Shown piece by piece: positions 13,546 through 26,279 of a stretch of 64,000 bases of DNA. Both the position numbers and the translations under genes were made by a program. This stretch comes from Octopus bimaculoides (taxonomy: Eukaryota). Positions within the stretch are counted from its first letter, which is position 1, and the number at the start of each line of letters is the position of its first letter. The stretch covers positions 87,146,063 to 87,210,062 of the forward strand of contig NC_068984.1 of assembly GCF_001194135.2 (NCBI RefSeq). Direction: 5' to 3'. The notes beneath the pieces were generated by a model that saw only the letters and a program-made list of their open reading frames with translations, was not told the origin of the DNA and made no database searches.

Positions 13546-14164
13546 TGTTATCTGAGACGTTCAGAATTGAGAATATTATATACTACAAAAAAAAAAAACA
13601 AAAACAAAAAAAAAACAGAAGCAGCTGAAATTCAAGTGTAGAAAATAAAATTATTTGTATTTCCATTGTGTGTTCGATAAACAATATATTGTTTATCTAT
13701 CTATATTCACTGAAATTTCGGATTATCTACAAATTTTTGTAATCTCTAATACTGTCGGATAATTTTATCAATTATATTCATTTTCTAGAGACCGATTATA
13801 ACATGAGGCTTTATGTTTCTTCAACTTTGCTCCAATAGAAAAGTGGTAATGAGTTTAAGATTCATGAGTTTCTTGGTAAAGTAAAACGTCTCCACCCAAC
13901 TTACTTGATTGCAAAACATGTAAGCCCAGAAGACTAATGGTTTTAATGGTGGAAAGTAGATTGACTAGAAATTGATGAGAATTATGCAGGAAGCTGAGAT
14001 AGAATAATTAAATGCAGTAAATTAAGGGTTGATCAGCAAGTCGGTGGGGTTTAGGATTCCTAATCTTTTATCTTTTACGCGATTCAGTTATTGGACTGCA
14101 GCCAATAAGTACTGCGAGCCCAGTACTTATTTTTTTTAAAGTTGGGGATTTATTCTCTCAGTTT

Positions 14165-14420
14165 TATGTCGAACCACTAAGTTATGGGGACATAACAAAG
14201 CAATAAGGTAGTAAGATGGTGGTAAGGGATAAACACAAACTTACACACACACACACACACACACACGTATATACGACGGGCTTCTAAAAAATCCAGTCAC
14301 AAGATTTTGGTTGGCCCGGAGCAATAGCAGAAGGAGATTTGTTCATGGTGCCATACAATGGAACCGAACCCGGAACAGTGTAATTGGGAAGCAATCTTCT
14401 TACGACACAACCATGCGAAG
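14165..14420 (-). mobile_element. CORE-type tRNA SINE
   Basis: Reverse complement of the 50312 family, with internal (TG)n. Confidence 0.8.
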
Positions 14421-14572
14421 ATGTGTGTTGAAATAGTATTATAAAGATTATGACTTCGGTAATATTTTGCTGGGATTCCAGCAAATATGACGTTTAAAAT
14501 CGAAAGAAGAAAAAAGAAAAGATTCTTGAAAATGTAAATTTAAAAAATAAAGATTAAAAAATGTAGTATATA

Positions 14573-15308
14573 NNNNNNNNNNNNNNNNNNNNNNNNNNNN
14601 NNNNNNNNNNNNNNNNNNNNNNNNNNNNNNNNNNNNNNNNNNNNNNNNNNNNNNNNNNNNNNNNNNNNNNNNNNNNNNNNNNNNNNNNNNNNNNNNNNNN
14701 NNNNNNNNNNNNNNNNNNNNNNNNNNNNNNNNNNNNNNNNNNNNNNNNNNNNNNNNNNNNNNNNNNNNNNNNNNNNNNNNNNNNNNNNNNNNNNNNNNNN
14801 NNNNNNNNNNNNNNNNNNNNNNNNNNNNNNNNNNNNNNNNNNNNNNNNNNNNNNNNNNNNNNNNNNNNNNNNNNNNNNNNNNNNNNNNNNNNNNNNNNNN
14901 NNNNNNNNNNNNNNNNNNNNNNNNNNNNNNNNNNNNNNNNNNNNNNNNNNNNNNNNNNNNNNNNNNNNNNNNNNNNNNNNNNNNNNNNNNNNNNNNNNNN
15001 NNNNNNNNNNNNNNNNNNNNNNNNNNNNNNNNNNNNNNNNNNNNNNNNNNNNNNNNNNNNNNNNNNNNNNNNNNNNNNNNNNNNNNNNNNNNNNNNNNNN
15101 NNNNNNNNNNNNNNNNNNNNNNNNNNNNNNNNNNNNNNNNNNNNNNNNNNNNNNNNNNNNNNNNNNNNNNNNNNNNNNNNNNNNNNNNNNNNNNNNNNNN
15201 NNNNNNNNNNNNNNNNNNNNNNNNNNNNNNNNNNNNNNNNNNNNNNNNNNNNNNNNNNNNNNNNNNNNNNNNNNNNNNNNNNNNNNNNNNNNNNNNNNNN
15301 NNNNNNNN
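14573..15308. other. Assembly gap (N run); further gaps at 31359-31486, 43931-43994, 53775-53924, 55445-55475, 58878-58955, 61825-61911
   Basis: N characters. Confidence 1.
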
Positions 15309-15499
15309 ACATCCGCTAGGATTTGGTTAGCGAGTTCATATTTCCTTGAGGGCATCTTGTTATGCCCCCTGGAAAAAATTTCCCTATTTTTCTTGCTTCA
15401 GTTCACGTAGTAATTGTTGTTGTTTAACACTAGGTCGCTCCTGGGTTAACAGACCAATAATCAAAGATATTCTAACTGTCATCATTCCATCTGTTTTCA

Positions 15500-16887
15500 G
15501 ACAGCATGGAGAAAGATGAGGAGGAAGTTAATAACTGATTATTCTAATTAATTGTCGGTTGCCCAAGATACTTGGTGAGTGAACACATAAAACAAAGAAT
15601 AAAGAATAGAGTTAAAATTTTATGAAACGTGTCTTTGCATTTTTTTGCTTTCAAAGAAAACAAGCTATGATTTGCAGGAGAAATGGTTACTATGTTTAGC
15701 ATATTGAACGACTACATGGGGGCTTTTTCATTGGCTCGTCAGTACTTAATCTATCGGAGATATGCACTTGCCTCAGATATCCATTTAATCATACAGAAAT
15801 TGTTTCGTTCGAATTGATAACTTTTAAATTAAATTTGTATTCAAATCAAAACATTGGAGACACTTTCCAAATTATATATTGAAAAAAAAAACTCCTTCAA
15901 TTTAGATTCCAATCAAATCATCATCTTGTTTTATATTTGTGACTCTATAGATAATGAATTTGAACTTGTGTAAAGTATATTATGTGTTGTAGAGTTAACT
16001 ATGTCTTTGAAAATCAGCAGAAAATGAGCACATGAATGTGCTTAAAATATGAACTCAGGGAAACATATGTGGCACGAAGATATAACAGTGCACAGTGTTT
16101 TCAGTGGAGATGGGATGCCAAAGATTACTAGCTGGATCTTCGATGTTTTACCTGATTGGTACTTAAGATGGATAGCAGTGCAGTAATTTGCGCACTGCTA
16201 AGAATGCTTCATTATTAGGTACGGGAGCGAAAGACTTAAGTTGAGAGTGAAAAATATTTGTTTGTCAGACAAATTCGTTCGTTCCCCACCATGTATTTTA
16301 ATCCTTTCCAATGTTTTTTGAATTAAAACGAAAAATAATTTTATCGTCGTGTCTTATGTTTTTTATATAACTCTATTCTTCATCTACAGCTTTGTTTATT
16401 GCTTTTTAAATTTGAATGAATTTTACCTCTTTCCAGACATATAACAACGGAGTGCCAATGAGACAAAAAGAAATCAATGAATTTATTTGACTACCCAATA
16501 AATGGTAATATTGAAACAAAATAATCGTTAGGTGGCTGTGGTTACCACTACCTTGTAGAGTTGCTGCATGGATGTCAAGGAGAAAGAAAAGTATGCTACC
16601 GTGGGTGGAATAAAAATTCGGGACACTTTTTGGCAGCATCAATGTTGCTCGACTCGAAACCGTCAGAAGTGAATACGATCGGAAGGTGCTGAAATGATAA
16701 TGACTCAATCAACGCATGGTGAAGGGAATATGCCACAGTACATTCTGTATATAAAATAAACAGCTAAAATTTTAACTCTATTCTTTATTCTTTGTTTTAT
16801 ATGTTCACTCACCAATTAGCTTGGGCAACCGACAATTAATTAGAATAATCAGTTATTAACTTCCTCCTCATCTTTCTCCAAGCTGTC
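15500..16887. repeat. 123-bp inverted repeat (arms 15500-15622 and 16765-16887) with 1142-bp spacer
   Basis: Manual alignment: 4 mismatches in 123 bp. Confidence 0.95.
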
Positions 16888-16914
16888 GTTGGTGATATTG
16901 CTTTTGGGGAGAAT

Positions 16915-17330
16915 GTTGTATTTATTTAGCCTCAAGTCAGTTCTGACCTGGCAAATCTATAATTAAAGACATACTTGCCGTGATTGCTCCATCCTTTTAT
17001 GGGAGCTAGATTTAATGTGTCTCTCTCGTTTTAACAATGTTAGATTTGAAGGAGATTTGACTGCTATCTGTTGCAGACCGGACGATTACGGAAAGACTTC
17101 CTCGTTGGTTAGTAATTTGGATATATTAGCCCCTGGTCAGCAATGATGGAGCAGATCTATAGTCAGAGGTGTTTCATTCATGATTATCTCATCTTTTATT
17201 CAAGCAGTGTATCTAAGACTGTACCTTCCTGTGTGTCCAACATTATTTAGAAGACAAATTGGGATATAATTTGAGGGAGATTTAGTTGGTGTGTCAAACA
17301 GGTCGAGCAACTATGTATAGGCGCCTTCCT
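16915..17330 (+). repeat. Two adjacent degenerate copies of an old dispersed ~200-250 bp repeat
   Basis: Motifs TTTAGCCCCTGGTCAGC..GAGCAGATCTAT..ATAATTTGAGGGAGATTT; related pieces near 700-810, 15415-15500, 22770-22860(-), 23180-23280, 34590-34720, 36110-36300, 42070-42300, 48720-48800. Confidence 0.6.
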
Positions 17331-18019
17331 GGTTCGAAATGTGGATGTCATCATGATGTTCATACGACTACGACGATGATGACAATGATGATGATGATTA
17401 TGATGATGACGACAACGACGACGACGCCGACGAGTATATAATTTGCATGGAGGAGATATTTAAGGTAATAGAAATCTATTTCGACTGGTGTTGACAAAAG
17501 GAATTATTGATAGAAAATCTGGTACGATTAAACATATTAAGATAGATGAAAGCAGACCTTAAACCAAGGGATGAGTGAGTAGTATGTTTGACTTGGAAAA
17601 GTAACAGAAGAGCTTTAAAAATATGTAATTTGTTAGAGAACAGAATGATCCTTACTAGAATACACCATAAAATATATTTATTAGTATGCTAAAGAAACTC
17701 TGACGAGAAGTGGTAGGGCTAGTATTAGAATATTACACAACAACGAGGTGGCTGCATGCCAGTGACTCAACTTCTGTATCAAAGCTATTTCGAATTAGTC
17801 ATCACAAATGGAAGTTGGCTGATGTTTTCTTGATATATTACGATATAGTAAATCAGGATTAGATGGATTGGATAGTGCTTGCAGTGATGCATATATCACA
17901 TAATGAGTCGATGGCTGGAAGAAGTGATGAATAAAATATTCGAAAAAAAAAAAATGTACTGACTCGATATGTCTCTATATTCACTCACTCTTGTCTCTAT
18001 ATATACCTTTTTTTATATG

Positions 18020-19960
18020 AGATTTCTAAATTCAGGGTCTGCTTCACAGAATTCAAGCCAATCACTAACAAAATGACAAGGCCGTTATTTTGAGTTAAGA
18101 TAATTACAGGGATTTGTGAATATGTGAGTGAGTTAGTGTGTGCATATATGCACGCCTATGTGTAGATATGCTTGTACATAGATGTATATATCTCTTTAGT
18201 ACACAAGTGTGTGCATGTAATTGCTCTTTATTTTATATATGTGCATGCGTATGTTATATGCACACGTGCTGATGTGCACATGTTCGTTTCAGGAAGCGCA
18301 AATGGAGAACCTTTGGCACGTTTTACAGATCCTCACAGTACCACTAATTAGCTGGATTTGGTGAATGCGAGTTACTGTATTATTTCTTGTCCACCCCGCC
18401 TGCGTTTTCATGCTTTCTTTTTCAAATCTATTGTCACATACGCCAGTGCTTCGATGATAATAGATACGAGCAACATTAATTAAGTATAGATGCATTTTTT
18501 TCTATAAATTTAGACGATTAATTCACAACCGTTGGGCAGCTGACCTTTATAACAGTGCATGACTTTTGTTCCATATCCTTTAGAACAATATCATGTCTGT
18601 TGTATTTATACGAAATTGATGCTTTTATTGGAATGTTCCAGAAGTAATTGTTATTTTTTAAGGTGTGGATACATTCTGGCACTGGTGTGCAAGCATATTA
18701 GGATAATTCTTTCTGCAGATAGCATTGTATTTAGTTTTGGAATTAATGTTATATCCCATTGGAAGGTTATACTTTGCAGACATTTTCGGACAAATTTTAA
18801 TGATGTGGATATCTTTTATATTAATATGGCAAATCGACATTTTCTATTACAAGGTGTTTCCTATTTTTGAATAACAAAGACATATCCTTCTACGTGGGGT
18901 GTAATGCAGCTATCTTAAGTCCAAAAGAGGCTACTTTTCTTCACAATTGTATTGGTATCTATTGCTGGATGTTTACCTGTGCATAACTTTCTGCTGACAT
19001 CGTGGGTGTTTCCCTTAAATTTCTGCTTAAGTAAGTTGGTGCAGCTATCTTTGGTTCACATGGAACGGCTGAACGCTCAAGAGGTTTTATTCATTCAAGA
19101 GTTGTCTACCTACTATTAAAATGTTATTATTGTCATAGTTGAATATAGATGAGAGGTACTCGTTTCCCTCTTTTCTGTTCACTAAGTATGTGAGTGATAT
19201 GATGCGGCACTCAAAGGCAGTTTGGACTGACCTTGTGCCTCTACCACCATCACTTCTTCCGAAATCTGTTGAAGTAGCTTTACTCTTATCACCAACGTAT
19301 GAAATATTCGCAATTTCGAAACACTTCTAGCACTCGTTATTGAAGATAGGGGAAATAATCAGACCACTGTTATCCACATCTCTCGTTTGATCAACAATCT
19401 TTCATCAACTGATATTCAGATATGAACAGCAAAATTATGTCTCTTGATGTTGTGAATACAGCTTAAAGCCATTGACTAAAATGGTGTAGGTGACATTACT
19501 TTTTCACTTCTCTACAAATCCTAACATATAGCCCTTGGCGTTGCCTCAATTGGGCTATCGAGGGGTTCAGTGCCAAGACAAAGACAAGCTGCCACTCTCG
19601 AATATTCCCCAATTATATAATAGTTACTTCAGTTCTTAGTGTGGTCTATATTGTCGCTAGTCTTCAAATGGCGTCGACTATACTAGCTGAAGCTTTAATA
19701 CTTGTGCCTCTAGTTTCGATGAGTGAAAGACAGAATTAAACATTTTATATCTAACCATACTGTTAACAGGCTTCGACGATACAGCTTTGCTTCCATAAGG
19801 ATAGTTTTGTTGATGAGAATCAACCCTATATTCATTTTTTTCTTGTGCCTAATCATCTGTCAATACATCTTTTGCTCTGCAGTGATCTCGGAGAAAAACG
19901 TCCAGGCAATCTTTGTACAGTTATATCACAAGATTTAAGAATGTTATGAACCTGTAGTTC
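18020..19960 (-). mobile_element. Old R4/Dong-type (RLE) LINE relic: RT, CCHC knuckle, RLE domain and 3'UTR with internal deletions
   Basis: Manual translation: LINKTILMEAKLYRRSLLTVWLD; GIFESGSLS..LALNP; RSDGGRGTRSVQTAFECRIISL; ICPKMSAKYNLPM; WNIPIKASISYKYNRHDIVLKD..SCP; QLISGTVRICKT, collinear with the younger copy at 52212-52898. Confidence 0.85.
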
Positions 19961-21659
19961 TGTTTTTTATCACGTCTCGTGATTCTTAGACATAAGTGTT
20001 GTTAGTCAGTCGGGTATATCGAGTTTAGCGTTCATTGATTAAAAAAAAAAGAAAGAAAAAAACCAGGTTGATGAGAATTTCCTATGCCAATGATCGAATA
20101 TTAGGTCTCTTCCAAGCGATTTTCATTCGGTAGTTTTGCAACAACCATCACGAGAGTTTCACTAGTGATTCATATGTTTTGAAAGAGATATTTGAGCTCA
20201 CTCTGTAGCTTATTTTACTAGATTGCAATGCGGTTGCGCTAGTTATTACCATTCTAGACCATAGACCGCATTCCCGAAGAGGAACATTTACAACATTATG
20301 AGAATGAAAAATATTTGCTTATCAGATAAATTCGTTCGTTCCCTAAACATTTATATTAATCCTTTCCAATGTCTTTTGAACTAAAGCGAAAAATATATTT
20401 ATCGTAGTGTCATATGTTTTTTCTTACAGTTCTGTTCTTCCTCTACAACTTTGTTTATCGTTTTTGAAATGTTGCGATTTAATTTGTGTGAAACTGATAG
20501 TTTTTTCAGCGAGAAATATATTTCAAACTTACTGCATAAAGTATTTCTTAGCCTTCGTTTCAATTCCCCAGCTCCCTGCTCTGTGCCAGTTATACACAAC
20601 TTAAGACTTAAATTTAAGTTAACAAATGCTACACTTTTCAAACATTACCGTAATTATCTGAATAAGTAAAAGAAAAAGAAAATAGAGAGGAGATATTATA
20701 ACTGTGAAACACGAAAATATATGCGAAAAGAAAATGTTTAAAAACTGAAAGCTCTACAAAGATGCGTCGAGAGAGAATAAATTTTGAGACATGTCTGTAG
20801 ATAAGAAAATCTTTACATGCATTTTAGAATGTTTGATTTTAATACTAATTATAAATTACTTTTACCTTTACAAAAGAAAAGAAAACAAGATATTGTGCTT
20901 CGCAGAGAGGGGAAGTTTTGACTGGGATGCTTCACAATTTGCCCTTCTATTGGCACATATGAATATATTCGACGTCTGACGGGCAGTTCTTAGGGGAGTG
21001 ATTTTATATTGTTTTAGCAACGACGTAATGTTGCACAGCAACAGCTTATTTAATGTGTTCATAGATACGTGATATAACCAGCATTTTCCATCGCATCCAG
21101 TAGTTTCGGGTGGTATGGAATTTTAAAATTTTTTTTAAAAAGTAAGTTCACTAGCGACCCATAAAATGTTCTCTTTACTATTATTAAGCATCTGAGTATA
21201 TGTATACTTTTAATCATACAAAATATGTCTGGACTGTACATGTTCATAAGACTGAAGCTTATCCACTTGAACGCAAAATCAGTTCATCGCAGGGTTAACT
21301 CTTAGGTGCTGCTGGTAATCATTTTCAGTTGAGTCTACTCAATAATGTGAAATGAAGTATTTTATTCAAAAATACAACGCACTGTTTAGTTCAAAAATCG
21401 AACACACGATCTAACGATCCTGACCCCAGTTACTTAACCGCTAAGCTACTCATCTCAGTAATACAGTATGGCACTAAAAAGCTATCTGACAGGTCTTAAG
21501 CTTATGCTTCTGTCTTTTCTTCCGAGATAGAACCTGCCAACATCACTATTTATGCAGAGCTTCCTGCTAATGTTATGGCATTGCGGGTTTTAATATCAAT
21601 GAAACGGATTTTCTGAAGTATGACAAATGTAATAGAATTAATATTGGTTTCATATTTTT

Positions 21660-21838
21660 GCACAAGGCCAGTAATTTCGGGAGAAGGGATAAGTCGATTA
21701 TATCGACCCCAGTGCTCAACTGGCACTTATTTTATCGACCCTGAAAGGATGAAAGGTAAAGTCGACCTCGGCAGAATTTGAACGAAATGCCGCTAAACCT
21801 TTTGTCTGGCGTGCTAACGATTCTGTCAGATCGCCGTC
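21660..21838 (-). mobile_element. MetaSINE-like SINE, tail type A
   Basis: Reverse complement of the 1032-1248 family. Confidence 0.85.
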
Positions 21839-22199
21839 TTGGTGGTAGAATTAATATTTCAAAAAAAGAAAAAAATTATTGCATGTTATCGTCTCGTCAG
21901 CGAAGAGTACTGATGATAAATTTCGTCATCCTATATTTCTCAACACTTTTGTACAATACATATTCAGCAGTACCATAGTATTCGTTGCACTTACTGTGTG
22001 AAACAAGGTAAAATTAAAATACCATTGATATCATTCGGTGGAAAAGTAGTTTTTCCCGCGTTTAACTATCAAATATAAGCATTTCTTGTGGCCAAATTCG
22101 TGTATCAGCTAAAAATTCTATTAATTTAAGTTTATTTGATATTGCAAATATTTCTTGTATATATTAACAAATAAAGTATGGGTTATTTTATCTCTAGCT

Positions 22200-22640
22200 G
22201 TCGTAGGCCCTTGACTGTAACCACTGTCTGTAATAGTGAGTTTACCACCAAAATATACGGATGTACAGACTGACTCCTGGGAAGATTTCTTTGTAACAAA
22301 TTATTACATAGCTAAGATTTTGCAAATCGTTCTTTTGGTATGTCAGTTTGGCTTTCAGTAGTTCTTTTAATTATACAACTGAACAACATCTTCCAATATC
22401 CGACTGTTAGGTCTCTTCTTGATGGCCTATCATGAAGTAGATCTATCGAAGTTTTAGGGAAATGTTTCACCATTGATAATGTATATCTCACAACTGATGT
22501 TGGTCAGTATCACTTCCTGTATTGATGAGATCTTTTTTCTAATCCAGATCTTAGATCAAAATGATTTACGATATTCTTTTTACTGAGCTGTTGTTTACTT
22601 TGTTCTTCCGTTATACAGCTTATTTTTGACGAGAGTGGGT
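22200..22640 (-). mobile_element. Possible highly decayed R4-type LINE RT C-terminal remnant
   Basis: Weak motif traces (KEYRKS..KIW; NGETFP..DLLHDRPSRRDL..ILEDV) resembling HPxSDxDRLYxxRxxGGRGL. Confidence 0.35.
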
Positions 22641-22908
22641 TAAGAAACTACAACTATGAACTTATGAAGAAACAACATGGCATGCTGTAACAAACATTTG
22701 ACAATCAATGTCTGTCTATATACATCTGAAACCAGTCTGAAACAATACATGGGAGAAGGAAGAACAATAGATAATGTAGTCTTAGATATTCTTAAGAAAA
22801 TAGGAGAGCTTTGGATGGAATGCTTTTGATCGATCAAGGTTAGCCTGGAGCTAAACAATAACAGTAATACCTGCGAGATACTTGAAGTGTGCGAGCTAAC
22901 GAAATTAC

Positions 22909-23000
22909 CTGATTTGTAGTTAATGATGCTTTGTTGATATAATCTTTTTCATTCAACGTCTTCAGGTAATCTTTTAGCGTTATGAATTTGCCCTCAAGGG
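22909..23000 (-). CDS. Probable exon 2 (92 nt, phase 1 to phase 0) of an ankyrin-repeat-like protein gene: (A)LEGKFITLKDYLKTLNEKDYINKASLTTNQ
   Basis: AG acceptor at 23002-23001 (CATTTCGCTTCAAG), donor CAG|GTAATT at 22908, no stop; phase matches exon 51185-51284; joined peptide IHAQALEG..LKDYL..DYIN fits the ankyrin consensus LHxAAxxG..LL..D(I/V)N. Confidence 0.6.
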
Positions 23001-23523
23001 CTTGAAGCGAAATGTATAGTATCACAGGACTTTTAAAACAATTCCCCTATATCTGTCTAAATATCCTATTCTGTGGTGCATGTTGACATTTTTATTTCTA
23101 GTTTTGTTAACTGCTTCAGTGATTTATGCTGGGTAATTTCATACACTTTAGTTATTCCTTAGAAGTTACCTCTGTTGTTTACCTACAGTTCTAATCGTAA
23201 AAGATCAAAAGCGTTCCATTCATGCTCATCTCATCTTTTAAGAATATTTAGGACTACATTATCCGATGTCTATCGTCTTCAGCCATTGACTATCCAACAG
23301 TTTTCACATATTTCTCATATTGTTTCTATCTATATCACTAATAACTGTTACCATGAGAAGGTTTGTTTTTTTCCAGCTCATATAAAAAATGTTTTTTTGA
23401 CTAAATTCAATTTTAGAAGACTTATTCTCAGATTGTGGCTTTACATTGATTTAAAGTTGTATGTATTCTAGAATCATCTTTACCGAGAAGGTTCATACAG
23501 AGTATATGAGTGCTGAATAGGAT

Positions 23524-23689
23524 CAGGGTCGGCTCAAGGTACCGGCAACTCGGGCAATCGCCTGGGGCGCCATATGCTAGGGGGTGCCAAGGAGGGCGTG
23601 ACAAAGACAAGGAAATTTCCACGACCGTCAGCTTGTAAACGCCGAAGTTCAGCTTGCCCGTGGCGCCAGCAATCCTAGGGCCGGCCCTG
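23524..23689. mobile_element. 166-bp hAT-type MITE
   Basis: TIRs CAGGGTCGGCTCAAGG / CCTAGGGCCGGCCCTG (13/16 match), 8-bp TSD AATAGGAT / AATAGAAT. Confidence 0.88.
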
Positions 23690-24362
23690 AATAGAATAGT
23701 AGTGATGATGGTGCTCTAGCAGCAGTTATTGGTTGGTTTTTGCTGTCTTGAAAATCGATTTATATTACAAAAGTTGAAATAACAATCGCTGTCTGTGACA
23801 TCCGTTTGCAGACAACGAAATATGCTTCATATCAAAAGCTGTTTAGCTGTGAAACACTTAAATATTTTATAGATTTCGCCCCACGAATTCTTTAACCTCT
23901 ATATTTCACTGACTGAAGAATTTTCATGGGCCTTTTGACGGTGCCGAAATAGATCTTGATTTAAGTCTAACAATCAAGTGAAGTAGACGCTAAGTTACAT
24001 ATTTATTAATACCGTCAGTATTGGTTAGTAACAACCACTTTTTGAAATGAAGTACCACAAGCTTAGAAGAATGTTACATAATCCAGTAGAATACAGCCTG
24101 AATAATACTCAGTTGCATACATCATTGAAAAAAGCAAGAGCAAAAAGAAAAACAGTCAGGTGCGAATGAAGACTGTCTGAGGCCAGCATTGTAAAATTGT
24201 GGTCATGAATTTATTGTCCTCTACAATATAAGTGATATTGCTAGCGGCGCTATTTGGATGCATGTATAAATAAAAAGGAACTCATCTTTCGAGAATATTG
24301 TTAAAAAGTACGACATTTTTTAAAATGTTTTGTGAAGATTTTTTAGTTTTATTGCACGTTTT

Positions 24363-24588
24363 GGATCTTTTCCTTTTGGCCGGTACATAGAAAAAATAAT
24401 TTTTTGTAACTAAACAATTACCGAAATACAACTTTAACACGAAATAACTTCGAAAATAAAGAATTTTCTTTAAAACGCCAAGAGTAAATGATGTTTTAAA
24501 TGACACATTCTACTAGTATATGAAATTTGAAAGTGTTAAGTTAAAAAAAAATAATTTTTTCTATGTACCGGCCAAAAGGAAAAGATCC
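24363..24588. mobile_element. 226-bp MITE with ~54-bp TIRs and 8-bp TSD (Merlin/Mutator/P-like, superfamily uncertain)
   Basis: First 35 bp of the TIRs are perfect (GGATCTTTTCCTTTTGGCCGGTACATAGAAAAAAT); flanks CACGTTTT / CACGTTTC. Confidence 0.82.
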
Positions 24589-25469
24589 CACGTTTCTTTA
24601 TTTCTTTTAATCGGGAGTGCGGTCATGCAAGGGCATGATTTTATTCGTTAATATCAACGTATATTCTTATTCCAGTCTAGTATTGAATCTTTTTTCTGAT
24701 CACTGTTATCACTATTTACTAACTAAACCTGTTGTTTTGGACGTAAGTTAACATTCTATACCAGTGTACTGACACAGACACTTCTATACGTCTACTAAAT
24801 CACACTCACAAAGCATTAGTCAATCTCAGTCTGCTATAAAAAGTACTTGTCCCGGGGACCACGCAGTGTGATGGAACACGAAACTATATGGCTGCGAATT
24901 GAAATTCTTAACCACACGTCTAAGCTTGGGCATGTCTTGTCTACTTATAGTTTCAATGATTGAATTTTCCTTATCTTTTATATTTTAAAGAGTTGGGCGA
25001 AATATTTGCGGTATTTATTCTGGTTCACGAGTTCTGAGTTCAAATCTAGCGGAGGCCAACTTTGCTTATTTGCCCCTCTGGGATTTATAAATAAAGTATC
25101 AGTTTTGGACGGTGGTTTGGCGAGATCATTAGATCTGAGAGGGAATGCCTTGTGGTATTTGTCTTGGCTTTTCGCGTTCTGAGTTCAAATCCAGGTGTGT
25201 TTTGTCACCCAGTTTAACACCAGCATCTGGTCCTTGGGTGCATTTAGAGGAGTTCATTCTGATGCAAGTATTCGGGCTTGATGATTTGTAACTTTCTCAC
25301 ACCAGTCTAAGAGTCTCGTACTCTTAATACCTCTTGTTAACGTGGGGGCTATTAAGCAGTCGCTCGATCCCCTAGAAATAATTTCTCACCGCCTTCAAAT
25401 AAAACATTACACTATCAATATAGTAACAAATTACTAGTATTACTGGTACGTTAACATTGTTTTGCTATG

Positions 25470-25620
25470 ATGGACGCAACAACAAGTGGTTAAGAAATTC
25501 GCTTACAACCACGTGTTCTTCGGTACGATTCCACTGTGTAGTATCTTGAACTGCATATTACCCAACCTTTGGGTTGACCCAAGCCTTGTGAGTGAAACTG
25601 CATTTATGGAAACCATTGAA
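25470..25620 (+). mobile_element. Degenerate CORE-type SINE 5' part
   Basis: GTGGTTAAGAAATTCGCTTACAACCACG...CCAAGCCTTGTGAGTG. Confidence 0.65.
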
Positions 25621-25727
25621 TGGATTGTACCTGTAATTTATAGATCCAGCCTTGTCACATTGTGTCATGCTGATTTTGCTCGAAAATTCTTTTCTACTCT
25701 AGGTATAAGGTCCGAAATATTTGGAGA

Positions 25728-25862
25728 GAGGCCAGTCGATTAGATCGACCTCAGTACGCAACTGGTACTTAATTTATTGACCTGAAAGGATGAAAAGCAA
25801 AGTCGACCTCCGTGGAATTTGAACTGAGAACGTAAAAACAGACGAAATACCGCTAAGCATTT
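25728..25862 (-). mobile_element. MetaSINE-like SINE fragment
   Basis: Reverse complement of the core at 58590-58710. Confidence 0.85.
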
Positions 25863-26279
25863 GATTTTGCTCGAAAATTACGAAAAGATTAAATTTACCC
25901 GTGGAGTATTTAGCTCTGAAAATGGTCATTCAATAAGCAGATAATTCATTTGATCAAACAACTGAATAGTCAATTGTCGAAACCGATGGAAATCCATTTT
26001 TACAATGTGTTATATAGAATAAATTTATAGATTCTTAGCTAACACATTGCAAAATGGTTTACTCGGTTTGTCAAAATGGTTTATTCTGTTTGCAACTAAA
26101 GAGAAATCAGTCGTTGGGGAAGAATCGAAATTTATCTGGAAGACCTTTCTTTTTTCTCTACAAAGACACAATATAAAAGATAAGTTTATATTTGTCTATG
26201 CATACAGCACTGGTTTAATATCTATAGATTTATTTTACAGCCCATCATAGTAATGTAGTCATATCCGTCCATTCAGCCA

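Noticed and set aside
13909-13968. 60-nt AG/GT-bounded minus-strand segment as candidate exon 3
   Set aside because: The phase-0 translation SIYFPPLKPLVFWAYMFCNQ does not continue the ankyrin repeat, and there is no other support
22800-22835. Plus-strand ENRRALDGMLL resembling a retroviral env immunosuppressive motif
   Set aside because: The frame is full of stops, and the bases are the reverse complement of the old dispersed repeat
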